Assembly (NCBI GenBank): GCA_964035545.1
Contig: OZ037768.1
Span: 16,971,875-17,035,874 of the forward strand
Reading direction: 5' to 3'
Source of the DNA: Bugula neritina
Taxonomy: Eukaryota > Animalia > Bryozoa
Length of the DNA stretch: 64,000 bases
Shown: positions 37,501 to 50,855 of the stretch, one piece after another
How the letters are laid out: each line of letters starts with the position of its first letter
Position numbering within the stretch: the first letter of the stretch is position 1
Program-made: the position numbers and the translations under genes
The notes under the pieces: model-generated
The model's database searches: none
Seen by the model: the letters and a program-made list of their open reading frames with translations, nothing else
Told to the model about the DNA's origin: nothing

Positions 37501-40500
37501 GGCTGTCCTTTATCTCCTTTGAGTCCTGTCAAACCGTCTACACCATCATGTCCTGGTAATCCAGTTTTTCCCTTTTGCCCTTTATTCCCAGGTTCACCCT
37601 TAACTGAAAGTCCTGTCTTGCCAGGTTCACCAGGTGTACCCTTTTGACCAACGACACCAACATCACCTTGACTTCCTTTGGTTCCTTTAAACAAGTAATA
37701 AAATAAAATTATCCAACAAATACTGTCCAGGTGTGCGTGCGTGCGTGCGTGTGTGTGTGTATGTGTGTTACGGCAAGTATCATTATTAGATACTAGTATT
37801 CACAGAACTGTTTATTATCCATTAAGTAATAGGTATATACTTGCCTTTAGGTCCAGGTTTGCCAGGAGCACCTACAAATATATAACAATGCATGTATTTG
37901 ATTGCAGGTGATTGTTGTAGTGTTTCGGTATTGTAGTATATTGCGGTGTTGTAGCATTTCAGTGTTGCAGTGTTGTAGTGTTGCATTGTTGCAATGTTGT
38001 AGTGTCATAATGTTGCAGTGTTGTAGTGTTTGGAAGCTGCTGAAACTTTTAAAGGATAGAAGCAAAACCAGTCTTCTTCAGCATTATTGTTGTATTTTAT
38101 ATCATAAATTATAAGAACATACCAACTACAATGAACACTTACAAATTATATTTCAACACATAATATAAATGCTAAACTAAGGTGCGAAACTAATAATTCA
38201 AACAGAATGAAGCACTAAAATATACTGGTGCAACTCTACCTACTACAGGTGACTCAACGCAGCGTCTCTTTGCACACATAATTAACACTGTGTTTTGTAT
38301 GATTAGCTGTTCTACAAAAGGTGTTTTTGATGCAAGAATTAATATTGATGAGAAAATGCACATACACCAGCTTAGCTTAGAAATAAACTATGTTGTTGGT
38401 TGATACTTTGGTGGACAAAATGTCAATTTTTTACTCTCACCCGAACAACTGATTTGAGCTGATTCTTAAATAAAGTGGTTGCATGTTATTTCTCTGGTGT
38501 ATACAAGAAGAAAGATGAACGCCTAAATCATTCAAATAAAACTTCTATTTTTATAAGTTTCTAATATTTTGGTTATTCGTACAGAGGTAATGGAGAAAAT
38601 AGCATGAAAATAAAGTATTGTCAAAATCAATAGCTATTGGTAGCATCATTGCTCTATTTTACAAAGCGACTGCACTTCTTGGGCTATATAAAAGTATCAT
38701 GTATAATTGAAAGGTGCAGTAGTAGCATTAAAACCTTTGCTGAAAATGAGTCATTTAAATCTTTAAGTTTCTGCCAATTTTTCACTGCTCTAAACTCAAA
38801 CACTTCAAACAAAAGCCCAGATTAATTGAGGTCATGGTTCCTTAAAACTAATTCTACAGCACTCCATTATCATAGTTCTATAACTATCTCATAGTACCTT
38901 GTACTAATAAGCCAATACCCTTGCACTGAAGCTAATAAAACATGCGTAGAATATGAGACCAGGCAGTGATAACTCCAAACTTTCTGTGACGAAATAATAG
39001 AATGTCTACGCAAATACAATTCAGGTTTAGACCAAACAGCAAGCATTACCTGTCATACCCATTAAACCAAAACCTGGAGCCCCAAACTCTCCTTTTTCTC
39101 CCTTCACCCCAGAAACACCATCAATGCCAGGCAGCCCTCTTGGACCACGAGCACCTCTTATAGAGTCACCAGGAATTCCTATTGTTCATTACTTTACATT
39201 AGCAACAAGTACACACTGACTCATGAATAGGAATAAAAACAGTCTGCTGAATATTCTAGAGCATCATTCAACAGCAAATTCCAATGATATTAATACTAAT
39301 ACTATTGATTTATCTGTTTGAAGGTAAAACACAATTTTGGCTAGTGAGTTAATTTTCTGTTTATGATTTAATACCTGAAATCGTTCAGGTTTATTTATTG
39401 CAATTTTAAAACCATGGAATAAAGTTTAAAAATTTACCAAGTAATTATCCATAGTATTTAAAGATAGAAGCAAAAGTTTGTTGTCATTTTATGGTAACAT
39501 TTTCACATTTGTTCAAAAAATGTTGCGCAATGGGAAGGTGAAGAGCTGTTAATAACTGAACTAAGAGTCTGACTAATACCATGTAATGACTCATCTCAGC
39601 AAGCAAAGCATAAACATAAAAACAATGCAACAACATAGTACTACATTTATTTTATAGTATATTATATACTGTATTTAACATATATCTTAACTTGTTTAGA
39701 GGCATTTATTTTCTGTACTAAGCATTACAGCAATGAAGCTTTAAAACAAACGAAATATTTCTCCACCAGTTCACTTTATTGCACGAAACTATATATTATA
39801 GTGTTTTTTTGCATATTTAAATACTTTTTACGTAATTATGTAAATAAATCAGTAAGCTATAACACTGTGTTAGACAATTTTCTTAGCTAATGCACATTAG
39901 CTAATGGTACATATTGTATATGTCAACTGCAAAAATGTAATTAGTGTTGCCCATTTCTAATGCAACAGCAACAAGCATGCTAATTGCTTTGCATTATTAA
40001 AATTGGGCATAGACAGTACATCCTGCAAAGCTGTAGCAAGTAAGGTCTAGTCTATGCACAGTAATTTCTTTCTCAAATAAAGCTAATTTAAAATTGATTA
40101 TAAAAGTGATTAATTATATATCAATTAAGCCTTAATTTATAGTAAAGATCATAATAAAGCTGCAACTGGTGCTGGCCTGCTAAATCTGAAACTGTTGCGT
40201 CTAGCAAAAGTTTCTATTTACACTCACAGTTTTAATCAATAGCATTTGCAGCCCAGACATATATATTGGGCTATTTTTAAAACAGTTTGAAAAATAAAAT
40301 ATAGTTGACAAGAACCGATCATTCTATGATGTAGAGCATAGTACAAAGTATGGTGTGTGTTACATTGAGCAAAAATCAGCTTTTTATTACTCCTGTTAGT
40401 AAGTACTGCACAGGGTACACGCTAAAGTCTCAAAGATGCATTTGTTAATTATAAGTGACTGAAGTAGTACTTAAAATGTTTCCAAGTCTTTAAACTTCTA

Positions 40501-43500
40501 TAATCTTGGAGTGTACAAAATTTCTATAAATAGAACCTAAAACAATGATGGTCTCATTTATAGTTAAATAAAAGATTTGATGGTTTTACTTGTTCAATTC
40601 AGCTGATTACAATTTATTAATTTAATGCACAAAACAAGGTCTAAACTCTGCAGTCTTGCACTAAGTATATGCAGCACTAGCTGGCATACCTTGTAATCCA
40701 GTGGGGCCTCTCAGTGGACAGTGAGAGTGGAGAGATGCACAGAACCTTGTCAGAGTGGCTGCCTGCAAAAGAGTTGTCTTATCATTAGCGAGACAAACAG
40801 CACAGTAACTTATTCAAAAATAGCTTTTCTCCAGGGATCTCAGCTAATTGAAGTGATCACAGTTTAACTATCCATGAGTTATGATTGTGTTAGAAATCAC
40901 TTTGGTTCTGTCGGTTAAAACAAGGCAGAAATAGATAGTCAATTTCAAAGTCGGAAACGATTGAAACAGATTTGAAAAATAAATAATTGCAAAGCTTAAC
41001 TAATTTGGTAGAATAAACATTATTGCTGCTCTATAAGGGCAGGCAGTAACATGTGCTCTGCAAACTACAGTAAGTCTACCGAAAGAGGTTTCAAAGCCAA
41101 CCAAATATGTTTGCATATGCAGCATCACCTCTCAATGTAACTACGCAGTACATACATGTAGAGTGTAGAGTTATTAATAGTAACAATAACAGTTATTAAC
41201 ATTAGTACCACTGAACTCTATTAAAATGCAACGCCAAAATTCACTTATCTCTAATAAAAGACACATACTTAAAGATGAGAAGAAAGGCTTGTGAATGTAA
41301 TAGTATATAGTTATAGTCTACTAGTTAGAAGGTTAAAGGTGTACACTATAACATAAAATGACACTATATGCTTATTTTTTTAGGAAAATTAAAACAGCTG
41401 TAATATGAAGCTATAAGTAAATCTAATTTAATATTGGTCCAAACTGAAATCAAATTTTTAATTAATTTTGGGCTATCCACATAGTTTAGTGCCATGGTTT
41501 GGGACACTTTGCTTTATCTTGGAACACAGCATATATACTTCGCTAGAACCAACGCTATAAAAAAACTAGCTGCAAGCCCCAATCTATCTTTTACTGTATT
41601 AGCAAATCTTATGCTTGACACATTTATTTCAGCAATTTAAATTTATTAGGCCGTTAGTAAGTGTCAGATAAAACTGTTCTCTGGATAGAAGAGGTAAAGA
41701 GAGTGGCATTTAGTAACAAATAACACCGGAAGATAAAGACGATGTTGCAAAAATAAATTAATTAATCCAAATCAATTTCTCTCTTTGAGCTCTAACCCGC
41801 AGCAGTCAGCTGGTAGCATGTAAATACAGTTAGATATCAATTTAGCCTGTAGTTTCAGTATGAATTAGTTACGCAATCAAGACAAATGCCCATTCTTACA
41901 AATCTTCAACAGACTTAGCCTTTAGGCCTTTGACAGATAGTTGATTATTGGCATGCTGTGAGACAGTTTGCTAAGCATCTTCTATATAGAATGTGCTATT
42001 AGTTTCTGCTTACTTGTGTACTGGGTAGCTTAATAGAATGAATAATAATATTGGATTGTTTGGTTTATAATTCAATTTCTATTTGGCTTGTATTGATGCA
42101 AGCAACTGTCTTTTTTCAAATATCTGATATATAAATAAAAAATATGGCTTTCTTAAATGGCGAGATAGGACAATACACCTGCCCTTACATTTGACTTTAT
42201 CCTCTGCACCATCCCATCAATTTTTGCTTTTATTGGAGCTGCATTAGGAGTTTGTGTACAGTGCAAAAGTCAATTCAGAATGCTTTCGTATCCCTACGAA
42301 TAGCCTGCTGGGGCTCATTAATTAAGTAAAAATAAAAGTTGAACAGAGAAATTTTTGTTTTAATAAACAATAACAATTAAAGCAGAAAAATTAGCTCTAA
42401 CAGTAAATAGCAGAAATTCCGTAGCATCTGCTCACCTAGGTTCAGCTGCCGGCTCATTGAAAGCAGCGTGTTTAAGCTACATGCACGTAGTAGAACTTTG
42501 ATAAATAATAATGCGCAGCAATTTTAAAGCTGGTTTGTCAAATCAATTTATATAATATTGATTCTCTTTAATTACGCGATGATGAAATCACTTGCTATGC
42601 TACTCTCGCAAATTATCACTGCTTGAACATTAATAACCTCATTAGGATTATTTGACTGTTTTCTTTTAAGTTTTCGAGCATAATTAGGAGACTAAGCCTT
42701 GGGCCACACTGTGCGTATTTTCGCATGCGAAAATTGAAACCACAGGTAGCAAAGGTGTCCACTGTTGCCTTGTGTTGTTGAAAAACTCAATAAATGATGA
42801 CCCAATGACAACTGTTAAAGACAATGTCGATGGCCATTAAAGACAACTATACATATAAACTATACTTCAATTTAAATAAACCTATAAGGGAGCCTATATT
42901 CACTTTATATCCCTTTAAACTTACCAGCAGGTAATTTCCACTATTACGCTACAATTTTTAGAATTGCTTATCTTTACTTTGAATTGGATATTATGTGGAC
43001 TGAAATTTAATGTATAGTGAGGCACTTTATCAGCTACATAAAATTATCTAATAACCAACCAGAAATCAAATTGCATTTTTTTCCAAAAAAGTTAATTTTA
43101 CCTCTATAATAGCCAATGTGGTCTAGCGATAATAACATTTTTGAAATATATTATTTCAGAATGCTTACGGTGCAAATTTTCTAAGCACTATTTTAGCTCT
43201 CTGCTGCTAGTCTGCACCAAGAAAGCAGAGCACGGGCTTGTATTCAGAGAACTATAGTTATCCAATTGAGTTCCAATCAATTTGTTTACTGCAATTATTA
43301 GCTTTTATTAAAGGTTGCTTATCAATATTTATAGGTGCGCCTTTATACATAATCTAATAATCTATTACGGAGCATATTATAATGTGTATAAATCTCGTGA
43401 GTTTTAGAGATGTAGCTGATAACCAACGGCAAGCTGTAAATTAGAGTGTGCACTACTCTTTATTTCATCAGATTTCCTTTGCAGAGTTCATGGCAAGTAG

Positions 43501-44728
43501 TTTTCAACAAGTAGTTTTAATAATTTCATGAATGAGTATGCACTCTTTAACGAGTAGTGTCAGAACATACGAGGTTTGGGTGCACTTGCAGGCGTCTAAT
43601 GCATCTAGACTTACATCTACTTCTATAATATGCTGAATATGCCTTTATACTTGTCTCACCCAGTAGTACAGTAGCACAGTAAATGTAACAGCTGGGTGGT
43701 AACTGACACCTATAGAGCTTGAAAACAATGCAATGTGATAATTGAACAATTAGGTGTACTTTGAAAGTAAAACTTGACCTGCATAATCTATTAGGTTGTG
43801 AAAAAATCAACTCTACCATGAATCATTGGTACAAATAATTACTAGAATACTTTACATTAATCTTGAGGCTCCCGTCTCCGACGACTATCATGCTTTCTGG
43901 ATTCTCATCTATGCTAGTGCTGATCTCTGCCCTTTGACTGCTTGCTTTTCCTGTGTTATTTTCAACTATGCTGTTTAGTATTTGGTTTTCTCTGTCCTAA
44001 ATATTTAAAACAATGCATAATACCTTGAATAATTGTTGTATGGTATTGCACTTAGGATGATTTTGCTTAGTTTTACTAAAGGGGAATGCCGGCATTAGCC
44101 TGCATGGAAGAGCACAAAAGGGAATGAAGAGCCCAGAGATATGGCAGAAGTAAAACCAGTGAATGTATTAGTAAGGAAAAGAAGAATGAAATAGCATGGG
44201 CGTGTATGCAAGAGAGAGAAAGAGAAGGACATACAGATAATCTGCAATATCAGTGTGGAAGGCAAGAGAAAGAGAGAAAGACCTAAACATCAGTGAATGA
44301 ATGCTATAGATTGGATGTAAAATCATGACGCTGTAATAGCAAGGAAACAAATGACAGAGAAAAGTATTTGATTAAATTGTTCATGCAGAATACCTTTGCC
44401 CGCAAGGATTGAAGCAGATATGATGGGAAATGATAAGAGTAGTGATTTGAATCATCTATTAGAAAGCTACATACGAAAAAGAATATTATAAGCATGCTTT
44501 TCAATAAAATTTATGGTTTTATATAAAAAAAAAACAAGTTAGCACTCTTACCTTGCGAAGTTTTACCTCATTATTGTGACTCCTTTGAACGTCCAACAAC
44601 ATCATGAAGCAAACTACAAACAGAGCCAGGACCACTGCAGCCAGAACTATATTCAGTATGTACAGGACTTTGATGTGGGTCCAGGTTCTGGAATTTTCAT
44701 GATAATTTCCAGAGGAAGTAGACGTCAT
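28533..44728 (-). CDS. GLDN: Gliomedin/colmedin-like type II transmembrane collagen with C-terminal olfactomedin domain; ~766 aa
   Basis: Exons: 44552-44728 (short cytoplasmic tail + [27 protein letters not shown]), 43856-43996, 40690-40762 ([14 protein letters not shown]), collagen exons 39050-39178, 37845-37871, 37490-37684, 36222-36371, 34322-34390, 33835-34077, 33232-33330, 32915-32986 (GRRGKRG), 32278-32316, 31591-31638, linker 30418-30474, OLF exons 29927-30027 (IGKPV..WGSWMVD), 29657-29823 ([14 protein letters not shown]), 28533-29046 ([29 protein letters not shown]). Linker micro-exons uncertain; orthology to vertebrate GLDN is by architecture only. Confidence 0.87.
32014..32250. repeat. 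16-bp minisatellite (tgtgacaccagtatgc-like) with a 48-bp higher-order duplication
   Basis: Repeated (g)tgtgacaccagta(t/c) units; tgtgacaccagtatagtgtgaaaccagcataaagtggcaccagtaca occurs twice in tandem (~32095-32190). Confidence 0.85.
36560..36740. repeat. Degenerate tandem repeat (atagcagcaatggg-type units)
   Basis: tatagcagcaatgggatcat / tatagcagcaatggggtcat / catagcagcc / catagcagcac. Confidence 0.55.
37905..38030. repeat. Degenerate 8-bp minisatellite (tgttgtag/tgttgcag)
   Basis: Alternating tgttgtag and tgttgcag units; produces spurious LQHCN / LQCCS ORFs. Confidence 0.8.
44080..44420 (+). mobile_element. RTE-clade LINE 3' relic in intron 1 of the gliomedin-like gene
   Basis: Reads AGISL..(K)[52 protein letters not shown], matching the RTE ORF C-terminal pattern (RLRW.GHV.RR..VEGKR.RGRPK..W.D.I). 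Confidence 0.75.
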
Positions 44729-47700
44729 TCTCACTGTGAAAGTTGGCTCCACCTCAACTACAACAATATACATCACTAGCATGAATAACTGGCACACAAA
44801 AATACATTTTATTAGACAAACTAGTGCAATGCTATGAGAAAGGTTCAATTAACATATTCCTATTTTTTGGTGAAGAAAAGATATTTTAAAGATACTTTCA
44901 AAGTTTAGGTAAATAAGTTTACCAGAGTAAAAAGACTGTGATACTTCGCTGCTGGAAGACTTCTCATTTGTCAACAACCTATAGCCACTGAGTGAAAAAT
45001 TCTTTTAGACTAACTGCTAAATTCTTCGCAACTCCAAGTTCAGATAACTAGCAACTGCAGACTTTGATGCTGTAAATCACAACAAATGTAAAGTACTTAG
45101 CTCACAAGATTACTTTAATTGCTTTAATTGCTCGTTAAAATCAATTATTCAGCTGTTTTTGGTTCACACCTGGCAATGAACTTTCTGCAACATGAAATTA
45201 GGCAATTGCTGACTTGTAAAGTTATGAGTTATTAACCTGAAAGTCAAATTGAATAGGCTTGATTAGCTGAAAGTTCTAGAAATTCTGATAGTTTCTCTAT
45301 TTTAATATAATTTCATATGGCTGCCAGTGACTGCTAGACTGAGTTTGCTGTCAGCAGTGCATTGACACACTGAAACATTTGTCGCTCAACATCTAGAGAT
45401 TCAAAGTTATTGAGGCAATGCAAGTACTACTGTGCAGAATACGGCTTTAATTTCGGCAGAATAACAGACGAATGTAAATTAAACTGCAATATATTATTTA
45501 ATTTCTTGCCTTTTATATATATAATAACTGGTAGAGACATGTGTATCTAAAAAATATTGCTGTCTTATTCTCCACATGCTATAACTATAACCTGTTTTAA
45601 AATGTTCTTAATATATAGCTAAAAACATCGAATGAATTCGAAAGTGAAAGCCTTGATAACTGTAATATAAGATATAATAACAAATAGTGTGGAATATATA
45701 ATTTATAACCAAGTAATCTATTTGAGAATTGATACAAGAAAATTGACTTTCTTTTAGTAAAATTTAATGAATCTTATTACAATCTGGCAATAAATGTGTC
45801 CCAAAAAATATAAAGTGGTCAATTACTCCTTATGAGAATCTACATTTGATTTTTAGTAAAAATACTCCAGAAACTCAATGCTTGGCCTTTTGCCAACTTC
45901 TATTAAACACACATTCATAGACAAGCAAATGGTAACCACTTTACAAACTAGCTGCTACATAATATAATTAATTATTAATATCTTATTTCACCACTCTTAT
46001 TGTATTCCATGTCTTGCAATTTATAAATACTATTATAGATAAGATGAAGTTACATAAACCTATAATATTTGACAAGAATTTAAACAGCTGGAGTCTAAAG
46101 TTTGTTCAAGGCTGCCTAAGCTTAAATTGGAACAATAATATAATATATAGTTGTTTGCATGTCCCATCATGCACACTAGAAGTGGTATACTGAGCTCATT
46201 CATCTTTTAAATAAAAATCTAAAGTTTTTATGCCTGTAGTCCTAAAAGAGCTTTACTTATGTAGCTGTGATTGTGCCAGTGTTCTAGTTCATAAATTAGC
46301 TAGCTGGAAGAAAGCAAGCAGCTATATATTGCTACACATGGAGCTTCACATTTTGCCTATCTGTGGTGAGAGTAATCATACAATTGGGTTGCGTTTACCA
46401 GAAACACTTTATTCTAAACACATCAACTATTTAGAAGAAGATAAATTATCCCTGTAGTATAAACTATGTCATGTTAAGGAAAGAAATGAGTTCCATTAGC
46501 TTATAGCATAAATTCCTAGTCTGTCTACACTAATTTGTCACTCTGGAATGCTCAATCACTACCTACAGTAGTACAAGGTCGTGGCTCAACACCGTGCCCT
46601 CTCCGATTTACTGATAAATGCTACTTCTATAATCTGGGATGATAGTTTTTACATATTTATTTGAAGGAAGTAAACATTTAGAGGATTAGCAGCAAATGGT
46701 GCTAATTAAATGGCTGGCAAGCATTTTAGGGAGTGATTGAAAGGTTATTAGGCAGATAGTGAAGTACTTATAATTAAACAAAGCAAGCATATTAACGCAG
46801 TAACACATCATATTATAATTTGTTATATTATGGTGAAATAGTTGATAGAGTTAAATATTGGAGAGCATCAGTTTCCCGCAGTTAATATACAAACCCATGT
46901 TTGATTCAACATTGAGACAGGCCCAAAATATTTGAAGAAAATTTGACTTTGCTAATGATTGCCTATATGCAGTTATTATAAGCGTTAGTCAGGAATTTCT
47001 CTGTTGAGGTGTATGAGTAAATTATCAAAGTCAGCATCTTCAGTCAGCTGAATTTATTGATATATCTAAAGACAATTTGAGTGAAAGCAGAGAGGCAGTC
47101 AATATGCTAATTAAATTAGAGTTATGTAAACTGTGTACATCGGTTTATGTGTTTGGTTGGTATTAAGATATCGTTTATATGGATATTGATTTCACGTGGG
47201 AATTAATAATTTACTTGGTTAGCCTAAGTATCATATAACAACAGCAGTTAGAAGATTTAATTGTGTTTAAACTATGAATCCTACCCATCAGTTGTTGAGC
47301 TCCACTATCAAAAATGAACATCTCACAAAATAGCTGTCTTCTGTCAATTTTTTGATATTATATAGTAGCTTTATGCAATCAGATATGAGCAAAATAAGTT
47401 TAGCTACTACATTCTACACGTAGAATACAGTAGCTAAATGTGTGTAAATCTAGTTTAGAAGTGTTTTTAAACATTTATTTTGCGTATATATATATAATTG
47501 TCATTATTTAAATTTCTATTTTGATTCAGGAGCATTTTGTGGCTAAACAAGATAGCAACTCGCATACTAGTACAACATTCATGCATGCAGATTTGTTAAT
47601 ATGTACTGGTAAAAAGCAATTTTGATTTAAAATTAACGATAACAAGATGTGCCTTCTATATATACTTGTCTTAAATCTAGCATAAAGCCCATATACATAT

Positions 47701-48979
47701 AACTTTTACCTGCTATAAATTAATTAATACTGTATATCATTTAAATATGCAATTGTAATCTGAAAATTTAAAAATTTAATTGAGAGTTGGTTAAACTTAC
47801 AGGAACTCGAAAAGGCTATGTCAGAGTTTCACTTCTCATTGCATAATAAATGTCAGATGTAGGCAAATCCGTGTAGCTCAATACATCATGCAATAAAATT
47901 ATATCAAACAATTCTTATTACACTTGTCAATGCCTAGCAGCCATGCCACCACATTCCAACACCGCTGACTAGAGAATAAGGCAGCAAAGGGCTTCTCTAG
48001 TAGTAAATGCAATTTATTTGCTTAATTAATAAATAATCTACTGTATATCCTCAATATTACCAGTTACCCACAGAGTCCTTTGTAATGATTGGTATAAATA
48101 TTGTTTTCTAATTTCCATATTTGCATATAATATACTTTGGTTTTCACAGAGGTAATTAATAATAAATATACAAACATTTGTTGTGCTAAGAATTGTAAAA
48201 GTTCAAATGCGAACTATACAACTGTTTTTTCATTGGCAATTGGGTGAGCTTTGTTACTTTTCATGTAGCTATTAACTATATAATTATGATTATTATAATG
48301 AGAGCCCTAACAGAATTGCTTCAACTTTTACTTTTATATTAATCACATTACTTAACTTGTTAAAAAATTTTTTTACCACTAGCATCTCAGTTCAGTATAC
48401 TCACCATTTGCAGGCAGCAGGAAAGTCGGGTAGTATATATAGTGTTCAACATCTTTCTGCTGCAGCTGCAAGTTTATTCATCAAAACAAAACATAAGACA
48501 TTTTTAATCATTTTAATTACATTTGATTATAATATCTTTAAAACCAGTTGTAATATCTTCATTAAAAGTCAAAGGTAGCATAATTATTATTGTAGCTATA
48601 CCTATTACATCATTATCTTTTAATTAATATTGTGAAACTTATAATAATAAATGTTAAAATGCTGCATAAACTACATTTGAGCCCAAAAACTGTTGTCGGA
48701 CGAGCTACAGTGTTGGTTGCCACAAGAAACAAATTGGGGTGCAAAATCATTTGCAAGAAGACAACTCCTGTATATAAGGCAGGAATCGTAAACTAATACA
48801 AACATGTATATTGGAGGATGAAATACATAAGAACATTTTTGTAAGATAAAACTCGTAGCAAAATTAGCAAGACACTATTGTACTCTCATGTATGTCATAT
48901 CTAAATGAATGTAAACAGTTAGCTAGCTATTCAAGTTTTACAACTTTTTACATCCTTTACAGCGGGCTAGTAGCTATTG

Positions 48980-49167
48980 TACGAACTGATTACCTTGTTA
49001 TATGGATGTGAATAGTGGGCTACTTATAAACACAGCATTTAGATCTTAGAGCTATATTGCTATAACACTGAACTATGCTAAGTTGCTTATGTTTTTAGAA
49101 TGGAAAGCAATGGCTTTCCTAAAACAGTACTATTTGATGAATTGTGGGACTGCAAAAGACACTTGAC
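48980..49167 (+). mobile_element. Degenerate RTE LINE fragment interrupted by the Harbinger-type element
   Basis: LITLLYGCE*W (cf. LP.LLYG.E.W), AILL*H..L..VAYVFRMESNGFPKTVLFDELWDCKR (cf. RW.GHV.RM...R.PK.VLFGEL..GKR). Confidence 0.65.
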
Positions 49168-49170
49168 TTA

Positions 49171-50430
49171 AGCTACATGTACACAGGCCGATTTTTCATG
49201 AAAATCGGCCGATAAACTGTTAGCGATTTTTTAGGATTTTTGAAAAATCGGCGATTTTTGCTTTTGGCCGATTTTTGAAGCGATTTTCAAAATTGAACAT
49301 GTTCAATTTTTCGCCGATTTTCTGTGGAACCAGCCAATCAAAAGGTGGCAGAAAATTATGATAGCGAGCAAGGTTAACACCATTGTTGAAATTACAACCA
49401 GGAAGTAATTAATACGTTGCTATCACTACGATACATCATATATAAAATACAAATAACTAAAATAACTATCAATAGCAGTAGTAGCAATAATAACAACGCA
49501 TTGGTTGTTGTGTAACTTTGAGAAAGTTAGTTTCACTTCCGTGGAAATTCATTAAATTTTGCTCTTTTTTAAAAAGACAAATATTATTATTCTTAACTTT
49601 TACTCATGTAAAATATAATTTATAACTTGTAGTTTATAGATTGTTGTTTTTATATTCATGTAACCAGTATTAGTATGAGATTGAGCATCTCAACTTCACG
49701 ATTTAAATATTTTCTTAGAGAGAAGATTTGCCGTGCTCTACAGTTTTCATTACCTGTATAAACAATAACGCTTGAGTTAAACTTCTAGTTTTAAACTAAA
49801 TAGCTTAAAAAAATTGATAAGTGATGTTAATAGTGTAGCTTAGTGATTTATGGATAATTATAGATAATAAATATGGTTAAATAGAAAGCTACCAAGCCAG
49901 CTATTTGCTTTTTGAATTAATACTAAAATTAGTGATAAGTTTTTACGCAATTTTCAAATGCAGCAAGCTGCTAACAAATTATACGGCCAGTTTACTTTGT
50001 TCCTTTTTTATTTATCAGAATAAACATATTGCTTTTTTAAATAGAACACTGGTATTATTCTTAACTTTCATTTATAATATAATTTATAACTTGTTGTTTT
50101 ACTTTTTATATTCATGTAACCAGTATCAGCATCTTAACTTTACAGTTTAATTTTTTGTTGACAGTTTCTAGCCATTTCACTTGTGAAAATAACGTATATA
50201 AAATGCCGATGTATGTTTACTATGCTAATGCACATGCAACTAATCTTGACCTTTGCGTATGAACCTAAAAGAAAGTTATATAGACCGAGAACCATCTGCC
50301 AGTAAAACAAAAGCAGGAAAATAACGCGGGAAATAAAATCGCCTAGAAAATCGGCTGATTTTTCAATCAGCAATAGCGAAATCTACAAGCACAAAATCGG
50401 CTGAAAAAATCGACCTGTGTACATGTAGCT
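49171..50430. mobile_element. Non-autonomous PIF/Harbinger-type DNA transposon (1260 bp) with TIRs and TTA target-site duplication
   Basis: Left TIR AGCTACATGTACACAGGCCGATTTTT (49171-49196), right AAAAATCGACCTGTGTACATGTAGCT (50405-50430), one mismatch; TTA on both flanks (49168-49170, 50431-50433); multiple subterminal AAAATCG(G)C/GCCGATTTT motifs; no transposase ORF. Confidence 0.88.
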
Positions 50431-50855
50431 TTAGCTATAAAACTCATTAGAAGATGCTCCCTAAACTAACTAGGTGCAAACCATATGCAGCTGGTGGACC
50501 CAACTCCCTTCTAGCTGGCCTTGCATGCCTATATATGTTATGTGCATGTATGTATCTCAAAATGCCAATTATTATTATTATTATTCTTTTAATTATGCAC
50601 CATAATATACTATTACTCCAAATATTTCAACAGCTGGTTAACAAAACAATACTTTATGTAGCAGCATGTGTAGTGAAGTATTTATTGCCATTATGTAACA
50701 CAATGTAATTTAATTATAGAACATAAAGTTATTATAAAATAATACATTTCAGTTCTTTATTTTCTATTGAATAAGCCTCAGCTTGATTATTTTACATTCA
50801 CCGGATAAAGTAGAAATCAGTGTTCCAGAGTTGCAGACAACGGACTTCTTCAAAT

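Noticed and set aside
44729-44848. Extended hydrophobic N-terminus of the 44519-44848 ORF
   Set aside because: Begins at a non-ATG codon and lies upstream of a good splice acceptor (CTTTCACAG ~44734); ATG 44728 preferred.
48770-49010. TATA followed by possible two-exon micro-ORF MKYIRTFFGLVAIVRTDYLVIWM
   Set aside because: Second part is better explained as the RTE relic (LLYGCE*W); no mature peptide or poly(A) signal.
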